Below are positions 29,303 to 38,902 of a DNA stretch of 64,000 nucleotides, piece after piece. The position numbers and the translations under genes are program-made. The notes below the pieces were generated by a model. That model saw only the letters and a list, made by a program, of their open reading frames with translations. It ran no database searches and was not told the origin of the DNA. The stretch's first letter is position 1. The number at the start of each line of letters is the position of its first letter. The stretch is taken from the NCBI GenBank assembly GCA_964348795.1, contig CAYGDY010000005.1, positions 12,027-76,026 on the forward strand. Reading direction: 5' to 3'. This DNA is from an uncultured Pseudobdellovibrionaceae bacterium (GTDB lineage Bacteria > Pseudomonadota > Alphaproteobacteria > Micavibrionales > Micavibrionaceae).

Positions 29303-30841
29303 GTGACGCAGGATAGGGTTTTACGAAAATCCATGACACAGGACGCTCTTGATTTTCAGCAGTTCTTTTACAAGATGCCGATCCCGCGTTTTATCCTCCG
29401 TGTGTCCGGCGCGGAGACTTTTTCCTTTGTGGCCGCCAATGAACTGGCCCTGAAATATCTTGATCTACCGGCAACGGAAGTCCTGCACAAAACAATACAG
29501 GCGGTTTTCAGTCAGGAGGCCGCGTTGCACTTTCAACAGTCTTTCGAGGTCTGTGTTTCCAAGAAGCGCTCCGTAACTATTCAATCCCTTCCAGGTGTGC
29601 CTGGAAAAATCAAGGTGTACGGGTTTTATATCACCCCTGTGTTGGGGGCGGACGAAGAACTGGCATATCTGGATGTGATCGGGCAACTCGATGTGGTGGA
29701 TCAATCTATCCTGCAAAGGGAGCGGGACGATGCGGTGTCCCTGATGACATCCATTTTCGATGTGAGCGAGGTCGGGATTGTTGTCACAGACTATAACGCG
29801 CAAATCGTGCGGGTGAACGACAGTTTTGTCCGGACATATGGCTGGTCGAGGGGGGAGCTGATCCGTAAGAATTTTTCGGATCTGGTCACCAGTGACGAGC
29901 GCGAAATGCTGAGAAAAAACCACGAGGAATTCATTCGCTCCGGCATCCGGTCCGCGGGGGAAATCAAGATTATGCACAAGGAAGGGGGTGTGGCCAATAC
30001 ACTCTACACCACGGCAACGCTGGAGTTTAGCCAGAAACAGCGCTTTCAGATTATTACGGTGATGGATATTACGCTCCGGAAACAGATGGAGCAATCCCTG
30101 CGCGTGGCCAAGGATGACGCGGATGCGGCCAACAGGGCCAAGTCGGTCTTTCTGGCCAATATGTCGCATGAGCTCCGGACGCCGCTTAATGCGATTATCG
30201 GGTTCTCGGAGATGATGATCCACGAGACGTTCGGGCCCTTGGGGCATGAAAAATACAGGGAATACAACAAGGATGTGTACTCCAGCGCACATCATTTGCT
30301 TGAAATTATCAATGAAGTGCTGGATATGTCCAAGATCGAGGCGGGCCGGATTGATCTGGACGAGGTGGAGATGGATGTTTCGGCCCTGATGCGCTCTGTG
30401 GTGCGGATGGTGGATTCGCGGGCTTTTGGCCAGAATATCCAGCTCCGGCTGGATCTGGAGCCGGCGCTTCCCATCCTGTTCGGCGACCAGAGGCTGGTGC
30501 GGCAGATTTTTATCAATCTGGTGACAAACGCCGTCAAGTTTTCCAAGCCGGATGGCAAGGTCTATATTTCCGTTAGAATGCTTGAAGACGGGCGGATGCA
30601 GATGATTGTCAGGGACGAGGGGATCGGCATTCCGCTCGACAAGCTGGACCGTGTGATGGAGCCCTTCGGGCAGGTGTCGGATCGTCCGGAAAGCGCTCAT
30701 GTGCAGGGCACAGGTCTGGGCCTGCCTCTTGCCAAGGCGATGGCGGGCCTTCATTCTGCCACGTTCCATCTGGAATCGGAAGTCGGGCGCGGGACATCCG
30801 TGTTTGTTGAATTTCCGGCGTTCCGGATTGTGAAAACGTAA
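29303..30841 (+). CDS. PAS-domain sensor histidine kinase
   Basis: H-box FLANMSHELRTPLNAIIGFSE, N/G boxes (NLVTNAVKFS, DEGIGIP, GTGLGLPLAK), and two PAS-like regions upstream. GTG start at 29303 (ATG alternative at 29333). Confidence 0.9.
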   Translation: MTQDRVLRKSMTQDALDFQQFFYKMPIPRFILRVSGAETFSFVAANELALKYLDLPATEVLHKTIQAVFSQEAALHFQQSFEVCVSKKRSVTIQSLPGVPGKIKVYGFYITPVLGADEELAYLDVIGQLDVVDQSILQRERDDAVSLMTSIFDVSEVGIVVTDYNAQIVRVNDSFVRTYGWSRGELIRKNFSDLVTSDEREMLRKNHEEFIRSGIRSAGEIKIMHKEGGVANTLYTTATLEFSQKQRFQIITVMDITLRKQMEQSLRVAKDDADAANRAKSVFLANMSHELRTPLNAIIGFSEMMIHETFGPLGHEKYREYNKDVYSSAHHLLEIINEVLDMSKIEAGRIDLDEVEMDVSALMRSVVRMVDSRAFGQNIQLRLDLEPALPILFGDQRLVRQIFINLVTNAVKFSKPDGKVYISVRMLEDGRMQMIVRDEGIGIPLDKLDRVMEPFGQVSDRPESAHVQGTGLGLPLAKAMAGLHSATFHLESEVGRGTSVFVEFPAFRIVKT

Positions 30842-30922
30842 CAGGGCGCTCTTCTTCTTGCCTCTTTTGCAAAGCGCTTGTATGGTAGGCCTATGGAATG
30901 CTGAACACGGGAGGCAGGCAAT

Positions 30923-31336
30923 ATGTCTGATTTGGAACGGCGCTGTGCAGAGGCTGGCCTTAAAATGACAGGCCAGCGCCGCGTGATTTTAAAAGTTTTG
31001 GGTATGGCGGAAGATCATCCGTCTGTGGAGGCCGTGTATGAACGGGCAAGAGGGATAGACTCCTCGATCAGTATTGCCACCGTGTACCGGACGCTGAGCC
31101 TGCTGGATGAAATGGATTTGGTCACCCGCCATGAATTTCAGGAAGGCTATGCACGCTATGAGGTGTCCCAGGAGCATCATCATCATCTGGTGGATCTGGA
31201 AACCGGCGCGGTGATCGAATTCCGGAACGAGGAACTTGAGAAACTGAAAGAAAAAATCGCCCGTGATCTGGGCTATGCGCTGGTGGATCACAGGCTGGAG
31301 CTTTACGGCAAGAAATTGCCGAAACAGAAAAAATAG
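30923..31336 (+). CDS. Fur family transcriptional regulator (Irr/Fur-like, no CxxC pairs)
   Basis: Winged-helix part MTGQRRVILKVL...ATVYRTLSLLDEMDLV, His run QEHHHHLVD. 137 aa with no structural-Zn cysteines. Confidence 0.85.
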   Translation: MSDLERRCAEAGLKMTGQRRVILKVLGMAEDHPSVEAVYERARGIDSSISIATVYRTLSLLDEMDLVTRHEFQEGYARYEVSQEHHHHLVDLETGAVIEFRNEELEKLKEKIARDLGYALVDHRLELYGKKLPKQKK

Positions 31337-31350
31337 GGGAAATAAACGGC

Positions 31351-31575
31351 ATGACATGTAACCTGCCTATACAAAATGGTGTAAAAGAGGCCGCAGATTG
31401 TAAATGTTACGGTGCGGTGATGAAGGCGTACGGCGCTTTGGTGGAGGCGGGACAGCCCGAGTCTGTGGCGCTGGAGGCCGCAAAAATTATTTACAGCTAT
31501 CACCACCCCGAAGATTCCGTTCAGGATGCGTATCTCACGGTCGAGCGCTGGACCAGTGCAGGGCATGTGCATTAG
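31351..31575 (+). CDS. hypothetical small protein
   Basis: 74-aa ORF tightly packed between the fur-like gene and the DUF1491 gene (2-nt gap downstream). gggga lies upstream of the ATG. Confidence 0.4.
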   Translation: MTCNLPIQNGVKEAADCKCYGAVMKAYGALVEAGQPESVALEAAKIIYSYHHPEDSVQDAYLTVERWTSAGHVH

Positions 31576-31577
31576 GT

Positions 31578-31901
31578 ATGTCTGATCGCCTCTCCGTTGG
31601 GTTGTGGCTGGAGGCGGAAATTCGCCGTTTGAATGAGGCGTTAACGCCTTGTTTTGTCATCAAGCGCGGCAATTATGATACGGGGCTCGTGATCCTCAAA
31701 AGCAATGGGCTGAAGGGGCAGGTCCGCCTGTACGAGCAAGAGCGGGATTTTATGACGAACCGGCTGGTTTGGCGGGCGCTGACCGAAGACCCACAGCCAG
31801 AGGCGGAGGCCGATGCCTCTATTGCCCGCGCCCTCTCTCGTGATCCTGACATTTGGGTGATTGAGGTGGAGGACAGCGGGATGGGGAATGTGTTTCTTTA
31901 G
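31578..31901 (+). CDS. DUF1491 family protein
   Basis: Start taken at MSDRLSVGLWLEAEIRRL (ATG 31578). C-terminal DPDIWVIEVEDSG is typical of alphaproteobacterial DUF1491, from memory. Confidence 0.6.
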   Translation: MSDRLSVGLWLEAEIRRLNEALTPCFVIKRGNYDTGLVILKSNGLKGQVRLYEQERDFMTNRLVWRALTEDPQPEAEADASIARALSRDPDIWVIEVEDSGMGNVFL

Positions 31902-31913
31902 AGTCTACGGATC

Positions 31914-31998
31914 GTCATTGCGCGGAAGCCAATAGGGCTGACGAAGCAATCCAGTTTTTCTGGATCGCCACGGGCTTTTAAAAAGCCCTCGCGATGAC
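31914..31998. repeat. MITE-like palindromic element, family A
   Basis: gtcattgcgcggaagccaatagggctgacgaagcaatccag-ttttt-ctggatcgccacgggcttttaaaaagccctcgcgatgac. Confidence 0.9.
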
Positions 31999-32054
31999 AA
32001 TGTCATGTCATTTTCCCTTCCCTTCCTTTCCTGCCTCCGCTATAACTCCCCCTT

Positions 32055-33626
32055 ATGTTACAAGACCTGATCAAAGCCCGCAGGACGTTTGCGATTATTT
32101 CCCACCCCGATGCGGGGAAGACGACTCTCACCGAAAAACTCCTCCTGTTTGGTGGTGCGATCGAGCTGGCGGGGGCGGTGAAGGCCAAGGGGGACCGCAG
32201 GCGCGCGCGCTCTGACTGGATGAAGGTGGAGCAGGAGCGGGGGATTTCCGTGGCCTCCTCTGTCATGACATTTGAAAACGGCGGGATGACGTATAACCTG
32301 CTGGATACCCCCGGCCACGAAGATTTTTCCGAGGATACGTACCGCGTCCTGACGGCGGTGGACAGCGCGATTATGGTGCTGGATTGCGCCAAGGGGATCG
32401 AAACCCAGACGTATAAACTGTTCGAGGTGTGCCGTTTGCGCGACATGCCCATTATGACCTTTATCAATAAAATGGACCGCGAGGGGCTGGACCCTTTTGA
32501 CCTTCTGGACGAGATCGAGCAAAAACTGGCGCTGGACGTTACGCCTGCAAGCTGGCCGATTGGCATGGGCCGTGCTTTCAAGGGCTGTTATGATTTGATA
32601 CAGGACCAGCTCATCCTGTTCGGGCGCGGGAAGGGGGAGAAGCTGGAATCCGGTATTCAGTGTAGCGGTCTGGACGATCCGAAATTATCGGAATTTCTGG
32701 ACCCGCAGGAACTGGCCAAATTGCGGGAAGATGTGGATATGGTCCGCGGGCTGTGCAAGCCCTTTGACCGGAAAGCCTATCTGGAAGGCACTATGACGCC
32801 GGTGTTTTTCGGCTCGGCGGTGAATAATTTTGGTGTGCGGGAATTGCTGGCGGGGATTGGCACGTATGCGCCCGCCCCGCGCCCGCAGAAAACGCACAGC
32901 CGTTTGATTGACCCGATGGAGCCGAAGGTTACGGCTTTTGTCTTTAAAATTCAGGCCAATATGGACCCCAAGCACCGTGACCGGATGGCCTTTGCCCGTA
33001 TTTGTTCAGGGCAATTCAAGCGCGGGATGAAGCTCAAGCATGTGCGCTCCGGCAAGGTGCAGATGATGCACTCCCCCCAGATGTTTATGGCACAGGACCG
33101 CGAAATGGCGGAAGAGGCCGTGGCGGGCGATATTATCGGCCTTCCCAATTACGGCGGCTTGCGGATCGGGGACGCCCTGACAGAAGGAGAGGATCTGATC
33201 TTCAAGGATATTCCGTCCTTTGCGCCGGAATTGATGCAACGGGCCCGCCCTGAAGACCCCTTGAAGGCCAAGCATCTGGGTAAGGCGCTGGAGCAGTTGG
33301 CTGAAGAAGGCGCGGCGCGGGTGTTCAAGCCCGTGATGGGGTCGGACTGGATTGTGGGCGTGGTCGGTGCGCTCCAGTTTGATGTGCTGGTGGACCGCAT
33401 CCGGACAGAATACAATATTCCAGTGAAATTTGAAGCCACAGCGCTGTATACGGCGCGGTGGCTCTTTGCTGAAAACCCTTTGGTCTTGAAAAAATTTCTG
33501 GATGGGATGCAGTCATCCGTTGCGATGGACCATGATGGGGACCCTGTGTTTCTAGCCAGAAACGCTTGGCATTTGAACGATGCCATCGACAAGAACAGGG
33601 ACATTGATTTCAGGGCGGTGAAGTAG
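32055..33626 (+). CDS. prfC: peptide chain release factor 3
   Basis: 523 aa. GTPase motifs ISHPDAGKTTLTEKLL, DTPGHEDF and NKMD. Confidence 0.97.
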   Translation: MLQDLIKARRTFAIISHPDAGKTTLTEKLLLFGGAIELAGAVKAKGDRRRARSDWMKVEQERGISVASSVMTFENGGMTYNLLDTPGHEDFSEDTYRVLTAVDSAIMVLDCAKGIETQTYKLFEVCRLRDMPIMTFINKMDREGLDPFDLLDEIEQKLALDVTPASWPIGMGRAFKGCYDLIQDQLILFGRGKGEKLESGIQCSGLDDPKLSEFLDPQELAKLREDVDMVRGLCKPFDRKAYLEGTMTPVFFGSAVNNFGVRELLAGIGTYAPAPRPQKTHSRLIDPMEPKVTAFVFKIQANMDPKHRDRMAFARICSGQFKRGMKLKHVRSGKVQMMHSPQMFMAQDREMAEEAVAGDIIGLPNYGGLRIGDALTEGEDLIFKDIPSFAPELMQRARPEDPLKAKHLGKALEQLAEEGAARVFKPVMGSDWIVGVVGALQFDVLVDRIRTEYNIPVKFEATALYTARWLFAENPLVLKKFLDGMQSSVAMDHDGDPVFLARNAWHLNDAIDKNRDIDFRAVK

Positions 33627-36003
33627 ATGTTTTTGGGGGAGAACCTTCCGCCTTCTCTTTGGCTTTTTGCGCATCCGTTTTTTCCTTCAGGCGGGCCTGA
33701 AGGGTGTTCGTTCCGAAGATACTGAAGAGATTGGAATATTGATCGGTCCAGCCCTTTACACCATCCCGAAAACGGGCTGGATCCCAGCCTTTGGATTTGA
33801 GATACGCGAGTTTTTCAGGAGAGCGCGTAAAAATAATATAGCTTGAAGGTGCAACAGAAATGTTGCTTGCCCCGAGCGTTCCACCGCTTGTGGCTTTCCC
33901 GCGTGCCGGAATATTGAGGTTTTTTGCAATCTGTGCCAGAACAGGCTCAAGGTCAAGGTACCGATTGCTGATATGAAAGACTAGAAAACCATCTGTTTTG
34001 AGTTTTTTCAGATAAATTTTGACGGCCTCTTCCGTAATAATATGGATTGGAACATTATCAGAACTGAAGGCATCGAGCAGAATCAGGTCATATCGTTCAT
34101 CGGGTTGTTTCTGGATGGTGAGGCGCGCATCCCCCAGCACGATGTCATAGGGGGATTTGCAGTCTGAAAGATATGTGAAATAGGCTTTGTTTTCAGCTAT
34201 TTTTTTTGTTTCCGGATTGATTTCAAAAAAATCAAAATGACGATCCGGATGGGCAAAACAGGCCACCGTTCCTACGCCAAGCCCAACGGCACCAATCTGT
34301 TGTGGCGCGTTTTTTGTGTCGAGATAGGAAAAGGCATCCTGTAGGGGGCTGAGTGTGCTGTAATAACTGGTGCGTTCCAGTCGATATTGGGGATCAAGGG
34401 GTTGTTGCCCGTGCAGGGTTGTCCCGTTCAGAAGAATAGTGGTTTTATGATCTGATGTATCCTCCAAGACCTTCAGTGTTCCAAAAAAGTTCCGGCTTTG
34501 CATCACGATTTTGGAATGCGCGCTACTCCAGACACCAGGGGGAAAAAAAGTCAGGATAAATACGGTGATAAGCGTATAAATCCAGCGTTCGCTGTTGATT
34601 GACAGAAACATCAGAAACAAAAGCGTACCCGAGAAAAAGAAGGTGATGTTCTGTTTGTCTTGTGGCGCCAGAAAGATAATGGCGGGAATCCCAATTAAAA
34701 TACCCATGGCAAAGAGCGTTTTTTTGGTAAAGAGGGGGTGCAGGGATTTTTCAAAGAACGGGGCCAGAAGCACGGAAAATAAAAACTGGAAAGTTTTTCC
34801 TGTGCTCTCATGAACGCGAATAAGGGGGAGGATCGCCAGAACAAGGCCGTATTCAATGGTGTTCACGAAAATCCGTGGCGCCACAAGGGCATTGAACACA
34901 CCGCCCAGTGCGCCGCCCAGAGACATGATCAGGAAAAACTCGGTCAGGTGGGTGCTGTGGGGTTTTTTATCGGCCAGCGCGGTGTGACAGAGAAGCGCGG
35001 AGAAGAAAAAGAGGGCCAGATGCAACGGTACAAGAAAGAAAGGGTTGAGGAGCATACCGGCACACAGTATCAGCAAGACCAGCAGAACACTGAAAGACAC
35101 TTCAAAACAGATTGCAACGGTTGTGTTGCTCAGGAAGGGTTTTTTCGCAAAAACCAGAATGAAGGTCCCGACATACAGGCCGAGTGGTATAATCCAGATC
35201 AGGGGCAAGGAGGCAATATCTGTTGTCAGAAAGGTCGTCACGCCCAGCATCAGGGATGAGGGGACGAAGGCCAGAAAGAGCCATGATGCACGATCAAACC
35301 ACGTGATGTTTCCGGCAGGGCCTGACGCGGGAGCACTGTCGTCCGGCGTCAGGCGCACGATATGCCAGACGAACAGCAATGCGGACACGAACAAGGCTAC
35401 CAGCGCAAAATAGCCGAACATCCAGCTATAGGCCTGCTGGGGAAGCGTGAGAAGGGGCTCTGTTATAAAAGGATAAGTAAAGAGCGCAATCATGGAACCC
35501 AGATTGCTGGCCCCATAAAGGAAATAGGGATTTTCAGAATGGGCGTGGTCAGACAGGGAAAACCAGCGTTGTAGAAGGGGCGCAGAGCCCGCAAGAATAA
35601 AGAAGGGCCCCCCGACCGTAGAGAGCATCACGGAAATTTGCCAGAATGTGGGGTCTTCGTTTTTCGGAGGTTCCCAGCTTTCGGGAATGACAAACGGCAA
35701 CGCCACGGTAAAAAGCAGGAGCAGGCAGATGTGCAAAACCCCCTGTACCTTGAAACTCAGGAATCGGGTTACCCCGTGCGCATAGGCGTACCCGCCGAGC
35801 AGGCAGACCTGAAAGAACAGCATGGCCGTATTCCAGACATTGGGCGTGCCGCCGAGCAAAGGCAGGACCATCTTCGAGAACATGGGCTGTACAGAAAACA
35901 GGAGCATGGCGCTCAGGAACAATGTCGTGGTAAAGACAGGAACAATCAGGGCATGACGCATGGGCGGAGTGACCTCGGGATCTTCTATGTATGAAAGGGG
36001 CAA
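33610..36003 (-). CDS. fused polytopic membrane / spermidine synthase-like protein
   Basis: About 500 aa of TM helices, then a methyltransferase-fold C-terminus (GAVGLGVGTVA...DLILLDAFSSDNVPIHIIT...GFLVFHISN) typical of spermidine-synthase-like domains. Confidence 0.8.
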   Translation of the reverse strand: MPLSYIEDPEVTPPMRHALIVPVFTTTLFLSAMLLFSVQPMFSKMVLPLLGGTPNVWNTAMLFFQVCLLGGYAYAHGVTRFLSFKVQGVLHICLLLLFTVALPFVIPESWEPPKNEDPTFWQISVMLSTVGGPFFILAGSAPLLQRWFSLSDHAHSENPYFLYGASNLGSMIALFTYPFITEPLLTLPQQAYSWMFGYFALVALFVSALLFVWHIVRLTPDDSAPASGPAGNITWFDRASWLFLAFVPSSLMLGVTTFLTTDIASLPLIWIIPLGLYVGTFILVFAKKPFLSNTTVAICFEVSFSVLLVLLILCAGMLLNPFFLVPLHLALFFFSALLCHTALADKKPHSTHLTEFFLIMSLGGALGGVFNALVAPRIFVNTIEYGLVLAILPLIRVHESTGKTFQFLFSVLLAPFFEKSLHPLFTKKTLFAMGILIGIPAIIFLAPQDKQNITFFFSGTLLFLMFLSINSERWIYTLITVFILTFFPPGVWSSAHSKIVMQSRNFFGTLKVLEDTSDHKTTILLNGTTLHGQQPLDPQYRLERTSYYSTLSPLQDAFSYLDTKNAPQQIGAVGLGVGTVACFAHPDRHFDFFEINPETKKIAENKAYFTYLSDCKSPYDIVLGDARLTIQKQPDERYDLILLDAFSSDNVPIHIITEEAVKIYLKKLKTDGFLVFHISNRYLDLEPVLAQIAKNLNIPARGKATSGGTLGASNISVAPSSYIIFTRSPEKLAYLKSKGWDPARFRDGVKGWTDQYSNLFSIFGTNTLQARLKEKTDAQKAKEKAEGSPPKTSTSPP

Positions 36004-36078
36004 AAGGAGAAGGGAAGAAGAAATAATGTCCGATTCTAATTTTTTTTCCTTGAAATGTACAGTATAAAGTGGGATGAA

Positions 36079-36099
36079 ACAGGACGTTTTTGGTCCTGT
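36079..36099. promoter_or_regulatory. inverted repeat, candidate operator upstream of the Rrf2/suf operon
   Basis: ACAGGAC-gtttttg-GTCCTGT: perfect 7-bp arms, 30 nt upstream of the Rrf2 regulator ATG. Confidence 0.35.
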
Positions 36100-36129
36100 A
36101 TTGTGCGGGACGGTGGAAAGCTCTTTTTT

Positions 36130-36555
36130 ATGATCAATATTTCACGCTTGTCGGACTATGCTGTTGTGGTGCTGTCGGTGCTGGAGCAGGGGCGTGTGTC
36201 ACAGGCGGGTCCCTTGTCTGCCGGAGATATTGCCTTCCGGAGCACGTTGCCGGAGCCCACGGTGGCCAAGATTTTGAAAATGCTGGCCCGAAAGGGATTT
36301 GTGGGCTCGGTGCGCGGCGCGCATGGCGGCTACACCATTTCAAAGCGCCTGTCCGAGATCAATGTGGCGGATATCGTTCTGGCGCTGGAGGGGCCTGTGT
36401 CCATGACGGCGTGTTCGGATCATCTGGCGGCGGAGTCTTGCGCGTATCAATCGCATTGCGCGTTCAAGGGGAAATGGGGCGGCGTGAACAAGGCCATTCA
36501 CGAGGCTCTGGAGAAAATATCCTTGCAGGATATGCTGGGGACGGAGGCGCTATGA
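36130..36555 (+). CDS. Rrf2 family transcriptional regulator (suf-associated, IscR-like)
   Basis: Start taken at [18 protein letters not shown] (ATG 36130). wHTH and a three-Cys cluster [20 protein letters not shown] overlap with sufB. Confidence 0.85.
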   Translation: MINISRLSDYAVVVLSVLEQGRVSQAGPLSAGDIAFRSTLPEPTVAKILKMLARKGFVGSVRGAHGGYTISKRLSEINVADIVLALEGPVSMTACSDHLAAESCAYQSHCAFKGKWGGVNKAIHEALEKISLQDMLGTEAL

Positions 36556-38033
36556 GCCAGATTTCCAAAGACACCGTGGCGCGGGTTGCCGGTCTTTCGG
36601 GGCCCTATGAGGCCGGTTTTGTCACGGACATTGAATCGGACAAGGCCCCGAAGGGCCTCTCCGAGGAGATCGTGCGTTTTATTTCCGCCAAAAAAGAAGA
36701 GCCTTCATGGATGCTGGAATGGCGCCTGAAAGCGTATCGGCGCTGGCTTGGAATGCCGGAGCCCCGCTGGGCCAATGTGGATTTCCCGCCCATTGATTAT
36801 CAGGACGCCTATTACTACTCTGCGCCGAAAAATGCCGGAGAGGCCCCCAAATCTCTGGACGAGATTGATCCAGCCCTGCGGGAGACGTACGAAAAACTGG
36901 GCATTCCGATACGGGAGCAAGAGCTTTTGGCCGGTGTCAAAAATCCGGACCGTGCGCCTGTCGCCGTGGATTACGTGTTTGACTCTGTGTCTGTGGCTAC
37001 GACCTTTAAAAAGACGCTCTCGGAGGCCGGTGTGATATTTTGCTCTATCTCCGAAGCCATACGGGTGCATCCGGAACTTGTGCAAAAATATATGGGCTCT
37101 GTGGTGCCGCCTGCCGATAACAAGCATGCGTGCCTGAATTCTGCTGTTTTTACAGATGGTTCGTTTGTGTACGTGCCCGAAGGGGTGCGGTGCCCTATGG
37201 AGCTGTCGACCTATTTTCGGATCAATGAAATGAACACAGGGCAGTTCGAGCGCACGCTTCTGATTGCGGAAAAAGGGGCAAGCGTGTCCTATCTGGAGGG
37301 GTGTACGGCCCCGATGCGCGATACACGTCAGCTCCATGCGGCCGTGGTGGAGCTGATCGCCCACGAGGATGCGGAAATCAAATATTCCACGGTGCAGAAC
37401 TGGTTCCCGGGCGACGCGGAAGGCAAGGGCGGGATCTATAATTTCGTGACCAAGCGGGGCCTGTGCGAAGGACGGAACGCCAAAATCAGCTGGACGCAGG
37501 TTGAAACGGGTTCGGCCATTACGTGGAAATATCCGTCCTGTGTATTAAAAGGGGATAATTCTGTGGGGGAATTTTACTCCGTGGCGATCACCAATGGATT
37601 CCAGCAGGCCGATACGGGGACGAAAATGATCCATCTCGGGAAGAATACGAAAAGCCGGATTATCTCGAAAGGCATCAGCGCGGGCCAAAGCAATAACACG
37701 TACAGGGGGCTGGTCAAGATTATGCCCAAGGCCGAAGGTGCACGGAATTTCACGCAATGCGACAGCTTGTTGATCGGGGGCCATTGCGGCGCGCACACGG
37801 TGCCTTATATTGAAAGCAGAAATAAAACCGCGACTTTGGAGCATGAGGCCACAACCAGCAGAATCTCGGAAGACCAGATGTTCTATTGCAGACAGCGCGG
37901 GATTTCTCAGGAAGAGGCTCTGGCCCTGATCGTCAATGGTTTTGCCCGTGAGGTGATGCAAAAACTCCCTATGGAGTTTGCCGTGGAAGCACAAAAACTG
38001 ATTGGCATCAGTCTCGAGGGAAGTGTGGGGTAA
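36552..38033 (+). CDS. sufB: Fe-S cluster assembly protein SufB
   Basis: Start taken at [12 protein letters not shown] (ATG 36552). 493 aa with conserved SufB blocks ([32 protein letters not shown]). The 647-aa track ORF has a spurious N-terminal extension. Confidence 0.97.
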   Translation: MSQISKDTVARVAGLSGPYEAGFVTDIESDKAPKGLSEEIVRFISAKKEEPSWMLEWRLKAYRRWLGMPEPRWANVDFPPIDYQDAYYYSAPKNAGEAPKSLDEIDPALRETYEKLGIPIREQELLAGVKNPDRAPVAVDYVFDSVSVATTFKKTLSEAGVIFCSISEAIRVHPELVQKYMGSVVPPADNKHACLNSAVFTDGSFVYVPEGVRCPMELSTYFRINEMNTGQFERTLLIAEKGASVSYLEGCTAPMRDTRQLHAAVVELIAHEDAEIKYSTVQNWFPGDAEGKGGIYNFVTKRGLCEGRNAKISWTQVETGSAITWKYPSCVLKGDNSVGEFYSVAITNGFQQADTGTKMIHLGKNTKSRIISKGISAGQSNNTYRGLVKIMPKAEGARNFTQCDSLLIGGHCGAHTVPYIESRNKTATLEHEATTSRISEDQMFYCRQRGISQEEALALIVNGFAREVMQKLPMEFAVEAQKLIGISLEGSVG

Positions 38034-38105
38034 AAGGCCAGAAATTATGCTAGAATAAAAGAACTGAAAATGTAACAACAGTCAAAAGTCGAAGGAGACA
38101 AGAGT

Positions 38106-38507
38106 ATGGGGAATATGGCACAGATCAATTTGGATTTGATCAACACGGATCCGTTTTTACTGTTTTTCGGGACGTTTTATATTGTGCTGGGGTGTTCGAT
38201 TTTTCTGGCGGTCAAGCCGTGGAAAGAGTTCATGCACCTGTTTATCGAACATGACGCCCTGAGCTTGGTGCTCGGAGTGTTGTGTCTGCCCATCTCCTTG
38301 TTTGTCATTGTCTTTTACAATGACTGGGAGGGGTTGGGGTCTGTCATCCTGATGGTTACGGGGTATATTGGTCTTTTGAAGGCCTTGCTTCTCCTCCTGC
38401 GGCCCAACTGGATGCAGTCCTTCATGCGGATCGAGTTCGTGCAGAAATGGCTCTGGCTGGACGCCTTGTCCGGTATTGTGCTGGGCACGGCGATGCTGGT
38501 TTTGTGA
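38106..38507 (+). CDS. hypothetical 4-TM membrane protein
   Basis: 133 aa with four hydrophobic segments. Inserted between sufB and sufC. No motif recognised. Confidence 0.5.
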   Translation: MGNMAQINLDLINTDPFLLFFGTFYIVLGCSIFLAVKPWKEFMHLFIEHDALSLVLGVLCLPISLFVIVFYNDWEGLGSVILMVTGYIGLLKALLLLLRPNWMQSFMRIEFVQKWLWLDALSGIVLGTAMLVL

Positions 38508-38514
38508 GAGATAA

Positions 38515-38796
38515 ATGTATGTTTATATTTTGGCAAGTGATTACAACGGAACGCTTTATGTCGGTATGACATCGGATTTAAAGAAAAGAATTTGGGAGCA
38601 TAAAGAAGAGGTTTGCGAAGGTTTTACAAAGAAATACGACGTTAAAAATCTGGTGTATTTTGAGGTGCTGGATGATCCAGAAAATGCAATAAAACGTGAA
38701 AAACGCCTGAAGAAATACACAAGACAAGCCAAAATAAAGCTGATTGAACAAAATAACCTAGAGTGGAAAGATTTGTACGAAGAAATATGCAAATAA
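38515..38796 (+). CDS. GIY-YIG nuclease family protein (small URI-domain type)
   Basis: MYVYILASDYNGTLYVGMTSDLKKRIWEHK...KREKRLKKY: GIY...YVG motif, conserved R and E. Visibly AT-rich. Confidence 0.85.
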   Translation: MYVYILASDYNGTLYVGMTSDLKKRIWEHKEEVCEGFTKKYDVKNLVYFEVLDDPENAIKREKRLKKYTRQAKIKLIEQNNLEWKDLYEEICK

Positions 38797-38808
38797 TATT
38801 GGGGTATG

Positions 38809-38902
38809 GTCATTCCCCGAATTTGCAACGCAAATTCTAGGGGAATCCATAAAATTAAAGGTGGATCGCCCTAGAATTTCTTTCAGAAATTCAGGCGATG
38901 AC
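38809..38902. repeat. MITE-like palindromic element, family D
   Basis: gtcattccccgaatttgc-aacg-caaattctaggggaatcc ... ggatcgccctagaatttc-tttca-gaaattcaggcgatgac. Shares only the GTCAT/ATGAC ends with the other families. Confidence 0.75.

Noticed and set aside
29465-30769. Long antisense ORFs opposite well-supported genes. Examples: 29465..30769 vs the histidine kinase, 46864..47940 vs fabB, 58703..59917 and 59969..61453 vs infB, 61527..62744 vs nusA, 6667..7596 vs prfA, 13109..14023 vs the phosphoesterase, 23193..24260 vs phaZ, 27383..28165 vs tgt.
   Set aside because: Each is the mirror of a gene with clear family motifs. Their translations are Arg/His/Gly/Pro-rich and motif-free. This is the expected consequence of codon bias in moderately GC-rich genes.
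36090-38033. 647-aa ORF suggesting an Rrf2-SufB fusion
   Set aside because: The first 154 codons are an alternative frame overlapping the true Rrf2 gene (36130..36555) and translate to Gly/Ala/Arg-rich nonsense. sufB starts at ATG 36552, with the typical ATGA overlap.
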